A program made the position numbers and the translations under genes. Below the pieces are notes generated by a model. That model was not told the DNA's origin. It ran no database searches and saw only the letters and a list, made by a program, of their open reading frames with translations. Shown in pieces: positions 37,486 through 52,460 of a stretch of 64,000 bases of DNA (the stretch's first letter is position 1; the number at the start of each line of letters is the position of its first letter). The DNA is taken from contig NC_087436.1 of assembly GCF_036321535.1 (NCBI RefSeq), positions 99,202,001 to 99,266,000 of the forward strand, read 5' to 3'. Origin of the DNA: Camelus dromedarius (lineage: Eukaryota).

Positions 37486-39159
37486 GAAGTAACCAATAAT
37501 ATTCCACCAATAGGACATCTGTTAATATTTTCATCATAATAAATCGATTATTATATAAATCTACTAAAAACTATTTTAATTGATGTCAAAGACCATCCAT
37601 AAAATATTTTATTTAAAAATAGTAAGATTTCAATGGGTGGAAAATATAGGCAGCACACTAGTAAATGCATAAAGCCTGGAAATGGCAAGGTGTGTTGTGC
37701 CTATCAGTCCTTGCTGTCTCTTAAGGGCTATTTTTTCAGGTGTTTCTTAATGAAACTGTATTTACAGACAAGATGGCTTTTCAAATCTGTTCATTTTTTT
37801 TTTTGAATTTATCTATTTCTTTTTCCTAATCAGGAAAATTTTACCACATTTGTAAAGGGAAAAATGCCCCGAGCCCTCCTTTCCTAGTTTCTCTTTCCAA
37901 ACCACAACTTTGCACCTTCGGTCAGTCAACTTGCTATTACAGTTTTAACACACTATTTTTCTTAGAAGAAGATATATGCTCTATAAGAATACTATTGCTT
38001 TTACCTGTTCAACATTTTAAAAAATTAATTCAAATAAAATTTTAGAAGTCCATGTTTCATAATTTTATGTCTCCTTAAAGTATGGTTAACAGATTATTCT
38101 CTTAACTGTACATATGGATATTTACATTTGAGTATGTATATGGGGTACGTACAGAAGCACATTTTAATTTTTTATTGTGGCATACTTTGCTAGTCCAATT
38201 AAAATTTATGCCTGTGGAAACTGATCAATTTTGTATCCATCACTTAATCTTGACTTAAAGTAAAATTAATCCATCAGCAACTCATTCTAAACAATTTATA
38301 TAGGAAGCCTGCATCTGAATATTGATGTATTCTACCAATTCACTTTGCTCTATCAGATTATATACGGTTTTATTTAGAAGGCTAAAAATATAAGTTATTA
38401 CACTAATGGTTATTCTGAATACCTCACATTTGATTAACTTTTATCTGATGAAAATGTTGAATACCAAAAAATTCTAATTTGCATTTTAGGAGACAGATTT
38501 CTTTCTACAAAATATTAATTTAAACTAACTTCCAGATTATTATTGTCTCCTTCTACAGAGTGACTAATACTGTTGATGGAGTGCATCAAATTTTCAACCG
38601 TTTTCCTTTCATCACATCTTCTCATTCTGATTCTCAACAAAAACTTTAGCCCCTGTTAGTTTTAGTAGTTTCCATGATCATATACACACAAGATGACACA
38701 TAAAATTGTCCAAGATATTAGAGAAATAAATACCTATCTCTAACAGAGTAATCTGCAGTAACAGATTTTAAGAAATACTACCAGGGTTTACAGTCTACTC
38801 TATGATACCAAACAAGATGTCTCTTTTTATTTATTAAAAAAAAAATTTTTTATTGGGGAAAGCAGGGTTATAGTGGGGAGTGGAGGACACAAACCAAAGT
38901 ATAAATAAATAAGTATACTCATACTTTTTGTAGAATATCAGTATAAGAGTTATTTTGCTTTTTATGCCCTCTTTGGCTTTCATGCTTCTAGCAGCCACTA
39001 CTTCTAAACATGTAGTGGTTTTCAGCTTGTTACAATTAAATATATAAAATGGAAAAAAATTACAGCAAGGCAATAACTTAAATTAATATAATACTGTCTC
39101 CTAATAGCATAGAGTCTGTTCCTGTATAAAAGCTTCCTTGATAGGAAGATTCATTATCT

Positions 39160-39232
39160 ATTGGAAAGAAGGAAAGAAGGAAGGAAAAATGGAGGGAGGG
39201 AGCAAAAGAGGAAGGGAGGAAGGAAAGAAAAA
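39160..39232. repeat. Purine-rich (GGAA-like) low-complexity tract; similar tracts at 31420-31490, 44945-45005 and 50175-50365
   Basis: Directly visible GGAA/GAAA runs. Confidence 0.85.
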
Positions 39233-42200
39233 TATTCTTGCATAACAACTTGAGAAAATTCACATACTTATTCCTCCAGGTCAAAAATTATTATTATTAA
39301 TATTTTAATGAAAGATGCTCTATGAAAAGTAGCAGAGAAATCAGCATTTGCTGCATGTCTCATTAACAGAGTATCAGTGAATATATAGTCAAAACATATC
39401 GTTATCCAAGGAAAATTATTATAGATTCTCATGTTTTGCAGCTGTTATTAACTGTCAACACTACAAAGAGTGTGTTGATTTTTAATTTTTATTTGAGACT
39501 GTATTATGCTGACATTTCTAACTAATCCAAGGGGAATTAATAAATTTATGAAATGTGTGTTTATGAAGGACACATTAAAAACTTGACTAAAAATTACATA
39601 AAATTACTTTTATATAATTTTATTTTTCCTACATGCTTACTATAGGACAAATGGATGAAAAATCATGGAAAGAAAAAAATCGTTAACGTTTTGAATTTTT
39701 AAATATTTTTGTATGGAGTGAAGATTTGATTTGGAATTTTAAAAAAATACCTAATAAGTCCTCTAGCCATTATTTCCTTAGTGACATTATGCACAGATTT
39801 ATGTTTTGAACATTAACTTAAATTATTACAACCTATTCAGTTTATGTTATTAATTTAATTTTTCTTTGTGCAACAGAAATAGTTTAAGAAATGAGAATGC
39901 ATAATACTCATTAATATCTGGATAGGAAAAAAAATTTTAAGCTTTTTTTTTTCCAGATTTGCAGTCATTCTCACATATTCAACAAATATTTAGAATTGGC
40001 TTACACAGTATAAAAATTTTAGTTGAAGGATATTTACTTTGCATTAATATTTGCAAAATCTCTCCATTTTTTGGCAAAAACAAGTTGAGTCAATTTATAT
40101 TCTTCATGTAGGTATATTTTTATTTACAACTATCTCACAACTTAGGTTTTTGTTGTTTTGTGTTGTAATCTAAGTTGGATTCTTTACTCCTATTATATTT
40201 TCTAAGAGATAACTGCATGAAAGACAGTTACTCATTTTTAAATCCCAACATATAACAATTCACTAAATGCTATTATTGATATAAATAATTTTTATGAGTC
40301 ATCTGCAAAATAGAATATTTTTTCCACAACTGCTTTTTCAAAATATCCAAAACTTTCAGAACAGATGATCAATTTCTTGAAAATTGCTATAAACCCAAAT
40401 GTTTCTTCATGCTTTGTGATTCAAAATTGATATAAATATTTAATTTTTACAAGAGAATATTATCTACTTTTCATATATTTTAATTAGTATAATTTTCAAA
40501 CTATATGAATTTTTTCTAAAATACATGAATTTTTTCTTTGTGCCATTTTAAATATATGGTTAATTATATTTTATAATTAAAGGACTTGCTTTTTAATTTT
40601 AATATTTATTATTTGTTTCCTGTTTTATTAATTTTTAAAAAATAATTTTAAATTTAGAGATAAACACTAATTAAATTTCCAGTTTTTAAATAAAACTGTT
40701 CAAGTTATAGGTTTTTTCATTGAGGAACATCTCCACAGTCAGATTTTATATATGTCTCAACTTCTGATTTATTTTACTTAAATTTCTTTTTTAAACCAAT
40801 ATATTTTTAAACTTTTTATAAAACTGTCATGATTGAGGATTGCTAATTTAATTTGCATTAATTTCTAAATATATTGTATTGAATTAAAATATAGTACAAT
40901 ATCCAACATACAGTTTATGATTTCAGAAATTCACTGAAAATTTCTGTGTTGTTATGTGATCACTATTTTTTTAAATTGTTATTATCCTTGGACAAATTTT
41001 CCTTGGGGCTCGGAAAAAAGATATATTCTCCATTTGTATAACACAATATATGTTGTATCAGTATTTCTAGTTTCTTGATAACAGTTTATGAGTATGTTTC
41101 TCTCTGTGTGTGCATATGTGTAATCTCTATATTATAAGTACTTTTGCCATTTACACAAAAAAAGCTAACACTAGTAAAGATTTAATAGAATGGCCAAAAG
41201 TTTGAATTCCTTTAACTGGTATGCAGTAAAGCTGAGTTGTAATTATTGAGATTTTTATTGTAAAAATGTCATTTAGCTATGTTCATAATTTTCACCCAAA
41301 TTTCAGTTCTATGGAAATGATGCTTTAAAGCCTTAGAAAGTTCTTAAACTAGAATGGGGGGACAGTGCCCTAGGAACACAGAAGATACAGGTTCTGAATA
41401 CCTACTGGTCGACTTTGTGGTTCCTCAACTGCAAATCATACAGGAGATGTTTATTTAAGTGCTTTGAGAGGAATAAAGAGCTCTAGAGTTAAGCATGCAT
41501 TGTCTTATTGAAAGATAAAACTGAAGATACAGAGATGAATTTACTACCACCAAAGCAATGATATATTCAGATAGTCAAATAAGTATTCAAATTTAAGATA
41601 TAATTTCTCCATTCAAATTTTCCCAGTTTAATTTTATCATGAGTAACTAACTTTTTCACTAAGTTAAGAAACACAATTAATTGAAATACTTAAAAAAAAC
41701 TTACTTGATCCTCTATTAAATTTAAGCACTATGTCTTAAGAATTCAAATATAAAATACAAGATAAAATTTCACATATGCTTGTTTTCTTTTCCCAAATAA
41801 TACTGTGAACTGTAGTCCAAAGTGAAATAAGTTGTGAGTAGGGAGATTGGCAAGTGACATTTTTCTCCATTAATTCTGCATTTCTCATTGCATTCTGTGT
41901 TACCCCCTCGGGCTGAAGTCCCAATATGAGGCTTGTCACAATCTGTATCTGTCACCTCAAGTGAACGAACAACTTTCCAATATATTCTTGACAGCAGGAT
42001 TTCAAACATGTGGGAGGATTTGGGAACAGCTCCTTGATTGGCACTTCAAATATCCCCTCATCAGCTCCATGGTGCTTTCAATCTTGCTGAAGAACTCAGG
42101 TGTTCCAAGATTGGTACTGTTAACTATTTCCAGGCTGATTTTTTTTCAGTTTTGAAAAAAACATTTGAGAAAAATACTTTTTTTTCCTAAAGTGTATAAT

Positions 42201-45200
42201 GCAACTTTGGAATGGATGAAATATTAAATTTACTTCCAATTATATGTTATAATTTACTGATTCTCTTTGTATAGATATGTTACATCTAATGTTCACCAGG
42301 CAAAATACATTGTTTTAAATGAGTAACACAAACTTGTAGGCTCACATACATTAATTAAATAGGCAGATTTTACATAATTAAAAATAACCAAATTTAGAGC
42401 AGAGAAGATCTTTTTTTAAATAAAATTTGCCTTTTTTTTCTCTTATTGCTCTGAACATTACTATCTCTCTGGGCAATTTTAATCACCTAAGCACTTAATT
42501 AACATTAAATGTGTGTACTATAAGATAGGAATTAAAATATATCACTTCATTGATTTATGTTGATTTTTTTAATATCTGTATTATATTTCTCTTATAAATA
42601 ATGAGGAAATGGGACAGTATTATATAGTTAGGTACTATATAAGGACTGTAAATGATAATGTGACAAAGAGACTGAATGGTTGGGAATGAATGGCCTTAAA
42701 TATTATTCACAACACCTTGATTTATTTACAATGTGAGATTTATTTAAGGTTGACTTACAAATGTACTATGTTGGTTTTATGCTTTCTATAAATTCACCCT
42801 CAAGCATTTGATCACTCTGAAAGGTCATCAGTATAAATCAATCAATCCAACAACCTAAGTGAAGTTACATAAATGTTATAAATAAAATTTTCTAATTTAC
42901 ATATATTACTAATTTGCACTAAAGAAACAAATACTAAAGGCAGATATATGTCAAGCATGTAATGTGGTACATTCAGAGTTAATATATTTATTACACAACA
43001 GCTAATAGTTTCAAAAATTATATGGGTGGGAGAGGTTTCTTAGTTACTGTCAACACAAAATATTGAAGAACATCTATACTTTATAAATTCCTTACTATCA
43101 AGCACATAGATTAAACTGAAATATTTAATTGTAAAACAAATTAAATGTGCTGCAAACAGGGCACTTAATATGTAGATAAATAACAAAAATTTTATTTTTA
43201 AAAATGTCATTCAAGTCTTATATATCATTTTAATAAATAAATCAAAAATGACTTAGAAAAGACAAGATAGTATATATTTTAAGTCCTGCAGTTTTCTTGT
43301 GAATATAATTTGACATAAGCACCATTCTGTCCTTCTTTACTCAGTAACACTCTTAAGTCCTCAGGAAAATGTCAGTAGGGACCAAAGATCTCTGAAGCTG
43401 CCTTCCAGTCAATTGATTCTATGACCTATTGAATACCAGACTTTAATTACTATAGTAAAATAATTGTTGAACCTTGATTTAAGAAAAAGTCTCCCCTATC
43501 CACACTGCACCCTTTACTGATCTCTCCATGTAATGGTAAGAATTGGCCTTGACAAGCTATGTCCATCATATCATAGATAAACCTGCTTTGAAATACATTT
43601 TTCAAGATTTTAAGATGAATTTGTCTTATTTGTACTTTGAGTTTTGTCTTAGATTTATATATAAATATCCATTTTTTAAAATCTATTTAGGAAATCACTG
43701 TTCCTAACGATGAATATGTACAAATAATTCTGACTTGCTATTGTTTTGGTATTTATATAAAGTTACTTAACATAACATTTATGGGGAAATAAATATTTTT
43801 CAATAGGCTTCTCTGCATTAGCATTAGAAGTGGAATGTGTTTACATTTTTCATAATAAAATAGGGTTGCTTAGTGTTACTAGGTTCGGGTGGAGGTGTAT
43901 CTAAACAACTTGGGAAAAAATGCATGCTGAGTGGTTTCACGTATTTATTCACATAACTAATGTTTTAAAGAATTATGGAACAGGAAAAAAGACAACAAAT
44001 GCTTACGACTTTGGTGCTGTTTTAAACTTGGTAAATTGAAAAAAAATGTTTAGATATGAGCCTATGGTAAAAATGTAATAAAGATATTTGTTACTATTTT
44101 CAATCCCCCAAGGGTATTTTTTTTTTTTTTTTACATTATTTCCTAAACCAACCTAGCATTCTGGGTTCAAATGGTTAAAAGATCATGGGTCGTACTTCCT
44201 GAATTAAAGAATTAATGTTGTTAAGACCACAGATAGACATTCTAATGGACTGTGCCAGTTTCATGAAAGGCTTAAAAAAAACTGGGGCTGAACCTTCTAT
44301 TGTGACTAATCACAATAGTTCCTTATTTAATGAACAGGGATGTCCATGGAGTCCTGACTATAGCTTACAGGATGATTCAAGGTTGCGCGAGATCATTCCC
44401 GCATACAAGAAATAATAGGTAATTGGGCAAGTGGTGGACTGTAGCAGCTGAAGAGAAGTATAAGAGCTGGCAGCTTCAAGTACATGAGCTGATTTTAGTG
44501 TCAAACAACAAAAGAAAAAGAATTTCCTACTGGGACTTGAAAGATGCTAAAACAAACTACATACATCAACGGAAAGCACAGTACAGTATTTTTTCCCAAT
44601 TAAGCTAGTAAAATAAAAGAAAAGTGAACTGGATGTTTCAATCTCACAGACTCCTACTGTATTTTCATTTGGAAAGTCTTCAAGTTATACCATAAAAGCA
44701 GGAACAAACAGTAAAAATGAAGGCACTAAAACACTTTTTTTATTGACCATATTTACTCCATTCAGATCTGGGTCTCAGGCTTTTTTATTTGTATATACTT
44801 GGAATACGATCTTACTTAAACAGCTCATAATGCTGATAGCTGACCTGCTTTATATTTTTGTTATATAATGCCTTCCTTTTTATGGAGTAGCTGGTAAATA
44901 ACTTCAAAAATAGTGAGAAAACTGTTGGCCCACATTTTCAAAATAAGAGAGAAAGAAAGAAGAAAGGAAGGGAGGCAGGCAGGCTAGGAGAGAAGAAGGG
45001 AGGATAATAGTTTAGTTTTTGAAGGCAAAAGGAGGGAGTCTCTCATGTTATTTTTGGTGCACTATATTTGAAATGAAAAGTACGAATATAAACAAAGAAG
45101 GAAACTGAAACCTTAGATATACAATGAGAACAATGAAAGAATTAACTTTTTTTCTAACCAATTTTCTATTGGTTGTACAAAAGATTTCAATTCATATATT

Positions 45201-45989
45201 TTCCTAATTGCATATATATAATATTATTTGCTAAGTGTATAATTATGAAGATGAGGCAACAAGGCATACATATATATTAGATAATCAATATGTAGAATTT
45301 TATAGCTCATATATAGTTTTGATATATAAAAGTAATATTTATATATTTACACATTTACAAATACATTGTAAATGTGTAAATATATTTTAAATGCCATAAA
45401 TATATTAAATACATATTTAATATATAACATTAAATAAATATATCAAATATTGCAAATATATATAGGATATAAAAAGCAAGTAGAATAAGATTTATCTATT
45501 TCTTTACAGAGTTACAGGAAATGGTCATAACAAATGTGACACCTGACCTTTCTTTTAAGGGTGATGTTATGATCAGATAGACATTCGGGTAATTTCTTCT
45601 GTGATGAGGTAGATGAAGTTCAATGCTTCAGGTGAAATATGACAGATTAGTTTCCAGTCCCATTAAAACTTTTTAGGGCAATGAAACGTAGTATACAAAA
45701 GACAGGATTTGAAATCAAACATTTTCAATTTTTAATAGCATAACCTCAGGAATTAACTTAGCATTTTTACGATTGATTTTTCAATCTATAGTATTACAAA
45801 AATTGTTACTATATAAAGTTATGAGAAATACTTTTAACAAAATGTGTATTTAGAATTTGGAGGTATTCAATCAAACTTAAAGGGAAGTTATCCAGAAGAA
45901 GAAAACTGTAAACTGTTTGCTTCCAGGAATATAGAACAGAAAATCAATTAATATTTCTGCAATGTCCTATGCAAGAGAATGAAAGGGAT

Positions 45990-46340
45990 GTGACTAGTCA
46001 AGATGACATTATTAAGACTACAGAGGGTCTTCCATGTCATGCTAGAAAGCTCAAAGTCCCTTCATAAGTGGTGTGTAGCTATCATATGTTTGTAAGGATG
46101 CGATAACATGGGCAGATTTGTATCTTAGAAAGTTCATTATTGAGAAAAAAGAAATAATTACTAAGAAGCTGTTATAGTAATTAAGTTGGGGTCTGATGAG
46201 AATCTGGATTAAGGAATTACTGGTAGGGATTATAGTGGTAAATACATTGAAAAAAATTCTCAAACTACAAACTTAGAAGGACTTTGTGATCCCTCAAATA
46301 TTAAAAATCAAAAAATAAAGGCAAAAGATTTCATAGTTTG
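45990..46340 (-). mobile_element. L2 fragment
   Basis: CAGAGGGTCTTCCATGTCATGCTAG...ACTAAGAAGCTGTTATAGTAATTAAG matches antisense L2. Confidence 0.6.
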
Positions 46341-49204
46341 TATTAGACAAAGTGAAGAGCTCATCTCTCATGACTTTAAGATAACTGTCTTTTTTACTGT
46401 ACTACATTATTTATTATTCTAGACAATGGATTTGCCTAAAAGGTTAATGCCAGGAATTCTAGACTCATTTACCTATGCATAAATCAGGTATTGAATAAAT
46501 ATATTTTAGTTTGAAAAGATTACAGTTTTATGGACTGTATATCACTGAAGGTATTCTGTATTGTTTTCTCTGTATTTGTGTATTTTTTTCCTACTCTTAA
46601 ACATAAGATGGTCGGGAAGAAAAGTAATACTGTAACTCGGGTTTGATATTTGGCTATAAGCAGTGCTGCCTAGTGATTAAGCATAACATTTATAATTAAA
46701 ACAAACAAAAATAAAACCAACCAAAAACACATGGTTCTTAAGAGTTTAGCATCCATCCTTTTGACAATTACCTTCTAGCTTTACTCTAAGAGGTAGGAAC
46801 AGCTCTCCTATTAGTTTGATCCCATGATACTCTTGGAGCTACATTTACTAAGTTGCATCCCATAGTGTAAAAATTTTTATTTCTGCAGCCTTCTTTTCTT
46901 CTGTCCATGTGTTTGTGTGAATAGACTGATGGACTGAGTAGGTATATTTGAAGATCCTCTTTCTTTCATATCATATATACTCCAAGTGGTTTATCTTCCA
47001 GGTTTCAGTGGCTGTTTGCTGGTTCCAAGACTGGAATTTCTGGTTTTAAAGAATGACCGTGCTTGGATTATAGAGCCTGTTTTATACGTATACTCCAAAC
47101 CAGGCTGGGATATTGGCAATGGCTAATTACACCAGAGAGTAATAAAACAGTACTTAGAATTTCCATTTGTCAACAACACTTGTGAATAATCTCCCTCAAG
47201 AACAACACAGAAATGAAGCATGACTGATCCAACACTGAATTCAGGCATACCAGGATACAATTTCATCCCAGCTCTACTGTCCTTCCTAATGTATTTTATT
47301 TAACAGGAAAGTTAATCAATACTCTTAACAGGTTTAATTGAGTTATATAAAATTTTACATTTTACAATCCCTTTTAGCCTGCGTTAAACTTATTTCAGAG
47401 TTGAAGAGTTATTTCAGCTGTTAGTTATTGGCCCTACAGTTAACCATCAGTGGAATCATGCTTGCTTCTGCCACATAGAATGTAGTTTGTTTAATATTAC
47501 AGTTTTACAGTTATTACAGCTTTGAAATGGGAATTAAAATAAACCTTTCAAAGTGTAAAATTTAAAAAAAAGGTATTTAAAGATCTTAACACAGAATCTC
47601 TAATACAATAAGTACTTAATTGAAAGATGAGTATTATTACTATTTATGAATTAAAGGTGCCCAGAGTTGTTCTGTGAATCAACTGTATTCAGAGATGTGA
47701 AGAGATTTTGAAAAAATAATAATCCTATTATTTCATTGGTAAAATGTTCACAAACTGGTGTACGGTTTACAGCTCCTAGTCAGTACTTTGACCATACTAG
47801 GCATATAATGTATTTAAATGAATGAAGACATGAACAGAAGAAATATCAATGTTAAGAGTAGTTATTCCTTCAACATGGCTCCATCTAGTATTTGCATTTT
47901 TAATTTTGACTATTCCAAACATTTACAACCTGACTAGTATGAAAAGTCTACCACCCAGTACCAGGAAACTGAGTCACCAAGCAGTTTATTGACTTGCTCA
48001 GACTTACCAACATTGTATTAGGACTGGGATTTAAGTCTAGCTGTTTGGGTGAGAAGAACAGGCTTTATTTCATCTTATGATTAATCTGCATTTATTTAGC
48101 ACCCAAGAAACAAAGAAAATACCTTTAAACTACAAATAAATATAAATAGGAGTAGTGGTTACTAGTTTTAAAAGCAAAATAGATCAGAAGGATATAAATA
48201 AAGGCATTTAAACCTTTTTATAAAGTTATCCCATTCAGAGTGAAATGGTCCCTCTTTCAGTGTACCATAGTAAGTGGGTACCCAGCATATGGAGGTTAAA
48301 AACTAGCTGCTTAAAATGAGATTCTTTAATAAGTACATTAATTTGTCACCACAGATTTTCCAGTTTTATCTGCTAACTGGTATGTAGTGGTTAAGAACAC
48401 AGAGTGACATGTATCCATCATACTGACAATACCCGACACCTTATCAGAACAAACAAAGGACCTTAGATTAAAAGACATATTTCTAGAATTTAATCAGGTA
48501 CTTAATTTGTTCCATAAATACTGATAAAGTGTCCTAGGTGCTGTGCTGTATTTTTGCTTTTAAATAATATACCTTCTATGGCTGAGGGATTACATATAAA
48601 GCAACAATGGTGATGTCAGGCAAAAAAGTACTATCAAAGTATTCTTAAATTTTCATTTAAAGTGGCAACTTTAGTGGCCTGGGAAAGTAGTAAAGACTTC
48701 ACAGAGAGAAGTACCTTTGAGAAGTGCTTTTTGTTTGCTTGTTTGTTTTTAGTATATGATTATATTTTGAAATAACTATTTCTAATTCTTTATTATATAT
48801 TCATCCAACATATATTTGACTCCTTTAAGATGGCTTCTTTAATAAACTGAGAATATATGCCAGGGAAAGGTAATTTTTTTTTTTTTACTTTTTCTGGCTC
48901 ACATGGAAAGATGATACTTTCTTGTTATCATTATTGAATAATTCATTCTGAAGTCAACTGGTAACCCAAGACTTTGAATCTTAACTTTGAGTTTACATTG
49001 CAACTAGTCTTCAAAACTCTAAATATTACTAAAATAACAATGTTTTTCATATTAGTTAAATTCAGTGATAATAACCAAAGCACACAGTTATTTCAATTTG
49101 AGATCTTTCAGATATTTTTATCTCATAGGCCTGATTTGTTACTTCAAAAATAAAATATTATTTGACTCAAAGCTGTTGGAGGTTTATAATAACCATATAG
49201 AAGA

Positions 49205-49782
49205 CGCTAGGTTTCTATGGTTGTAACAAATTGCTACAACAATTAGTAGTAACTTACTGGAATTTGACACAACATTGTAAAATGATTATAACTCAGTTAA
49301 AAAATCTTAAAAAATAAAACATAAAATATGTTTCAAAAAAAAAACAACAACTAGTAGTAACTTAATGCAACTTATGATCTTGCAATTCTGGAGGTCATAT
49401 GTTCCAAACCGGTCTCATTGGCTAAAATCAAGATCTCGGCAAGGCTGTACTCCTTCTGGAGGCTCTAAAGGAGAATCTGTTTCCTTGCTTCTTCCATTAC
49501 AGAGGCTGCCTGTATTCCTAGGCTTGTCACTCTCTTCCATCTTCAAAGCCAGTACTCAATCCCTTCTCACTTTGCGTTACTCTGACTTCTGCCACTCTGT
49601 TCCACTTTTAAAAACCTTTTCATTACACTGTATTCACCTGGATAATCTGCTTATTTTAAGGTCTGCTGATTAACAACTAAATTTCATCTAAGACCTTAAT
49701 TCTCCCTTGCCATGTAAAGTAACATTCACAGTTACTGGGGATGAGGCAAAGGTTGGGGGGAGGTATTATTCAGCCTACTACA
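49205..49782 (-). mobile_element. MLT1C/D-like MaLR solo LTR, interrupted by a short L1 tail
   Basis: TTGTAACAAATTGCTACAAC...TTCTGGAGGCTCTAAAGGAGAATCTGTTTCCTTGC...GCCATGTAAAGTAACATTCACAG...ATTATTCAGCCTACTACA. Confidence 0.88.
49257..49343 (+). mobile_element. Ultra-short (~87 bp) young L1 3'-tail insertion
   Basis: CTGGAATTTGACACAACATTGTAAAATGATTATAACTCAG plus an A-rich tail. 21-bp TSD ACAACAATTAGTAGTAACTTA (49236-49256) / ACAACAACTAGTAGTAACTTA (49344-49364). Confidence 0.93.
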
Positions 49783-52352
49783 TGGAATAGGAATATTGAA
49801 AAATAATTTAGAATATGGTTTATAACAAATCGTAAACACTAGGGAAGAAAAAAAGCATCTTTATATGAAAGTACAAATGTGTTGGGTACTCCAATATTTT
49901 GATGACTACATTAGGCTACTTCAACTTTCTTACCCTTGGGATCAGTAGTTACATTTAATTTAATTTTCCAATTAAGCAAAATTAAATTAATTACTTGCTA
50001 TTTGCCCTTGAGAATGCATTCTTCAGTTTTAATGCCACATAGTTATTATGCCTCAGGAAAGGAAGGTTTACAAAATGTTTATTAACACTCACAATTGCCA
50101 ATATGCTACCAAATTCATCTCTAAGGTACACAATTTAAAAATCCATAGAATATCTTCTAATAAGACATGCAGCTAGGGGAGAGAGAAAGGAGAAAAGGGA
50201 AGGAAAAAGAAAAAAGAAAAAATGCTTTTGCTTAAATTAAGTTAGGAATTGTGTGTTTTCCTCTCTGAGTGATTGGTTTACAAAGAAGGAAAAGAAAAAC
50301 AGGTTTATAGAAGAAAAAAAAGGAAGAGAAAGGAAGGAAGGAAGGAAAGGAGATAGACAGGGAGAGTACTGATATTATGCTGTTTCAGTAATCCACTGTT
50401 TTCAGCCCAATTTTAAATACAGGGAATGTAATCTTTTAAACGGTCAAAATTCTTTCACTTAGAAGCATGAATGCCTATATGGCTCTTTATTCTTTAGTAG
50501 CTATATACTTTTTTTTTAAAATGTGTTTTTCTGTCTTTTTCATCTGTACAATGAGGGCCTTTAGGCCTTGATTACTAGAATGTACTGAATGTACTTCTGC
50601 TTATATTACTTTCTCTTGGATGAGAGTGTCACCCAATATGGTACTCTTTCTTACCACTACATATATATATATGCAGTTTTTTTCTCCCTGCTGCCACTGG
50701 CCAGTCTTTCTGTCATGTTGCTCTTTGTTTGGGGCTGTGACCGTTTCTGACCATTTCTCCTGCTGCAGCTGCTGCTCCTGTGGCCCTGGCCTGCTTCAAC
50801 CCATCTGCCTGATTGCTATAATCAACTCTCTTCAGTCCTGTTCTGTACTGCTTCTATTTTTTGCCCTATATGTATTCCATATTGTTTTATGCTTTATATC
50901 TAGTCAGAACTGATTAATGTGATCATACAGCCATTTGCTGACTAGATGTTTTATTTACAGTATTTAAATATTCTGCTTATAAATGTTATTCATTCATTCA
51001 CAAAATATTAGTGGAATGTTGATACTTTAACATGAACAACAGTATTAGTATTCATTTAAGAGAAATAAAAATAAACTATACATAATTGTTATCAAAGAGT
51101 TTATAATTTAGTTGTAGAAATGACAAGCACACAAAATTACTACAATTAAAAAAATAGATAATGAATATAAGAATAATAACAAATGCTGTTAAATGCCAAA
51201 ACAAATGATCATTTTATGTTAAATTAAAGTTTGGTTCATGGAGATAATTCTAATTTAGCTCTAAGTTGCAAATATTTTCATTGTTAAAAATTAAGAGTTC
51301 TACGTCTTGGACAAAGAACATACAGTAAGTCGTAGGGGTTTTGGATTCCTAAAAGACAATTTGGTATAAGAAATGAAGTCTAGACTCAAAATACTTCAGT
51401 CTGAGTTTCTGATCCATGTTCCTCTTACATACTGTCAGCCTCATCTGTGCTCCAGTCCAAATATACTGGAAAGTATCCACAGCTATAACAAGGAACACTT
51501 CAGTGTGCTAGACAAGTTGGTCTATCAGAATTTTCTACATGAGGTGCTGAAAATCTCACTTGTACAGTCAAAGTGCAATGGATTTCTTTCTAATTACCAT
51601 TTTAGTAAAGTATCATGGAATGTCAGACAGATATTTGCTTAAATATAAGAAAACTTTATTTCTAAGAATTGCTCTTATAATTTCATAAAACATGTGCTTT
51701 TTGCATGTAAAATTTAGATTCTTATGATAGAAGCCCTGAATTAATAAAATATGCATATAAATCCAAAAATGTAGCTGGCATCTGCTTGCAGTTTGGGTAC
51801 ATATTCTTTCTGAGACAAAACACTAACTAAATGGGGTCTGACTCAATGAACTAAAAGAACATTGATATTTCCTCCACTTAAAATAATTGGAGTTTTTTCC
51901 TACTATTGCAAGGCACATCTTAAAGAAATATTGTTGACCTTCTCCTGCCCTCAACAATTTCCTTTTATTCATAATACAATACATTTCTGAGGCACTGAAA
52001 GTTTAGAACAAAATTATATATGAAAGAAGGAGGAGTTTAAATGAAAACTGCAGGCAACAGATGTTTGGACAAGTAATGGTTTGGGAACACTGTCCAATCA
52101 GACTTAACTTTGTTAAATTATTCCACTAAGGTCTGTAACTATGGCAACAAAAAGGTAGAATCTTAATGTATCATAAAATAAATAAGAGCAAAGTTTAAAA
52201 CTAATAATTGTACTTCCACAAACCACTTGTTTATACTAGGGTTACTGTCATTTTAGCTTTACCATATATAATCTTTTTTCCTTAACAATCTAATGGAAAA
52301 CCATCCTTCTTAAAATTAAACAAGTTGTTAAAGGTTAAAAAAAATCTAAACA

Positions 52353-52460
52353 TACAGAGTTGACTCTGTATCCTCAGGTTCTACAACCGTGGATTTAAAC
52401 AACCACAGAACTAAATATGTTTGAATCCAAAGATGAGAAACCTGCACTTGACGGCTACTA
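52353..52460. mobile_element. MER2/Tigger-like MITE fragment
   Basis: TACAGAGTTGACTCTGTATCCTCAGGTTCTACAACCGTGGATTTAAACAACCACAGA. Confidence 0.55.

Noticed and set aside
44215..44608. Two adjacent short ORFs as coding exons
   Set aside because: No recognisable protein similarity and no convincing splice or start context.
50620..50913. Cys-rich 97-aa ORF
   Set aside because: It arises from a CTG/pyrimidine-rich low-complexity tract, possibly an old LTR. No domain or exon structure is supported.
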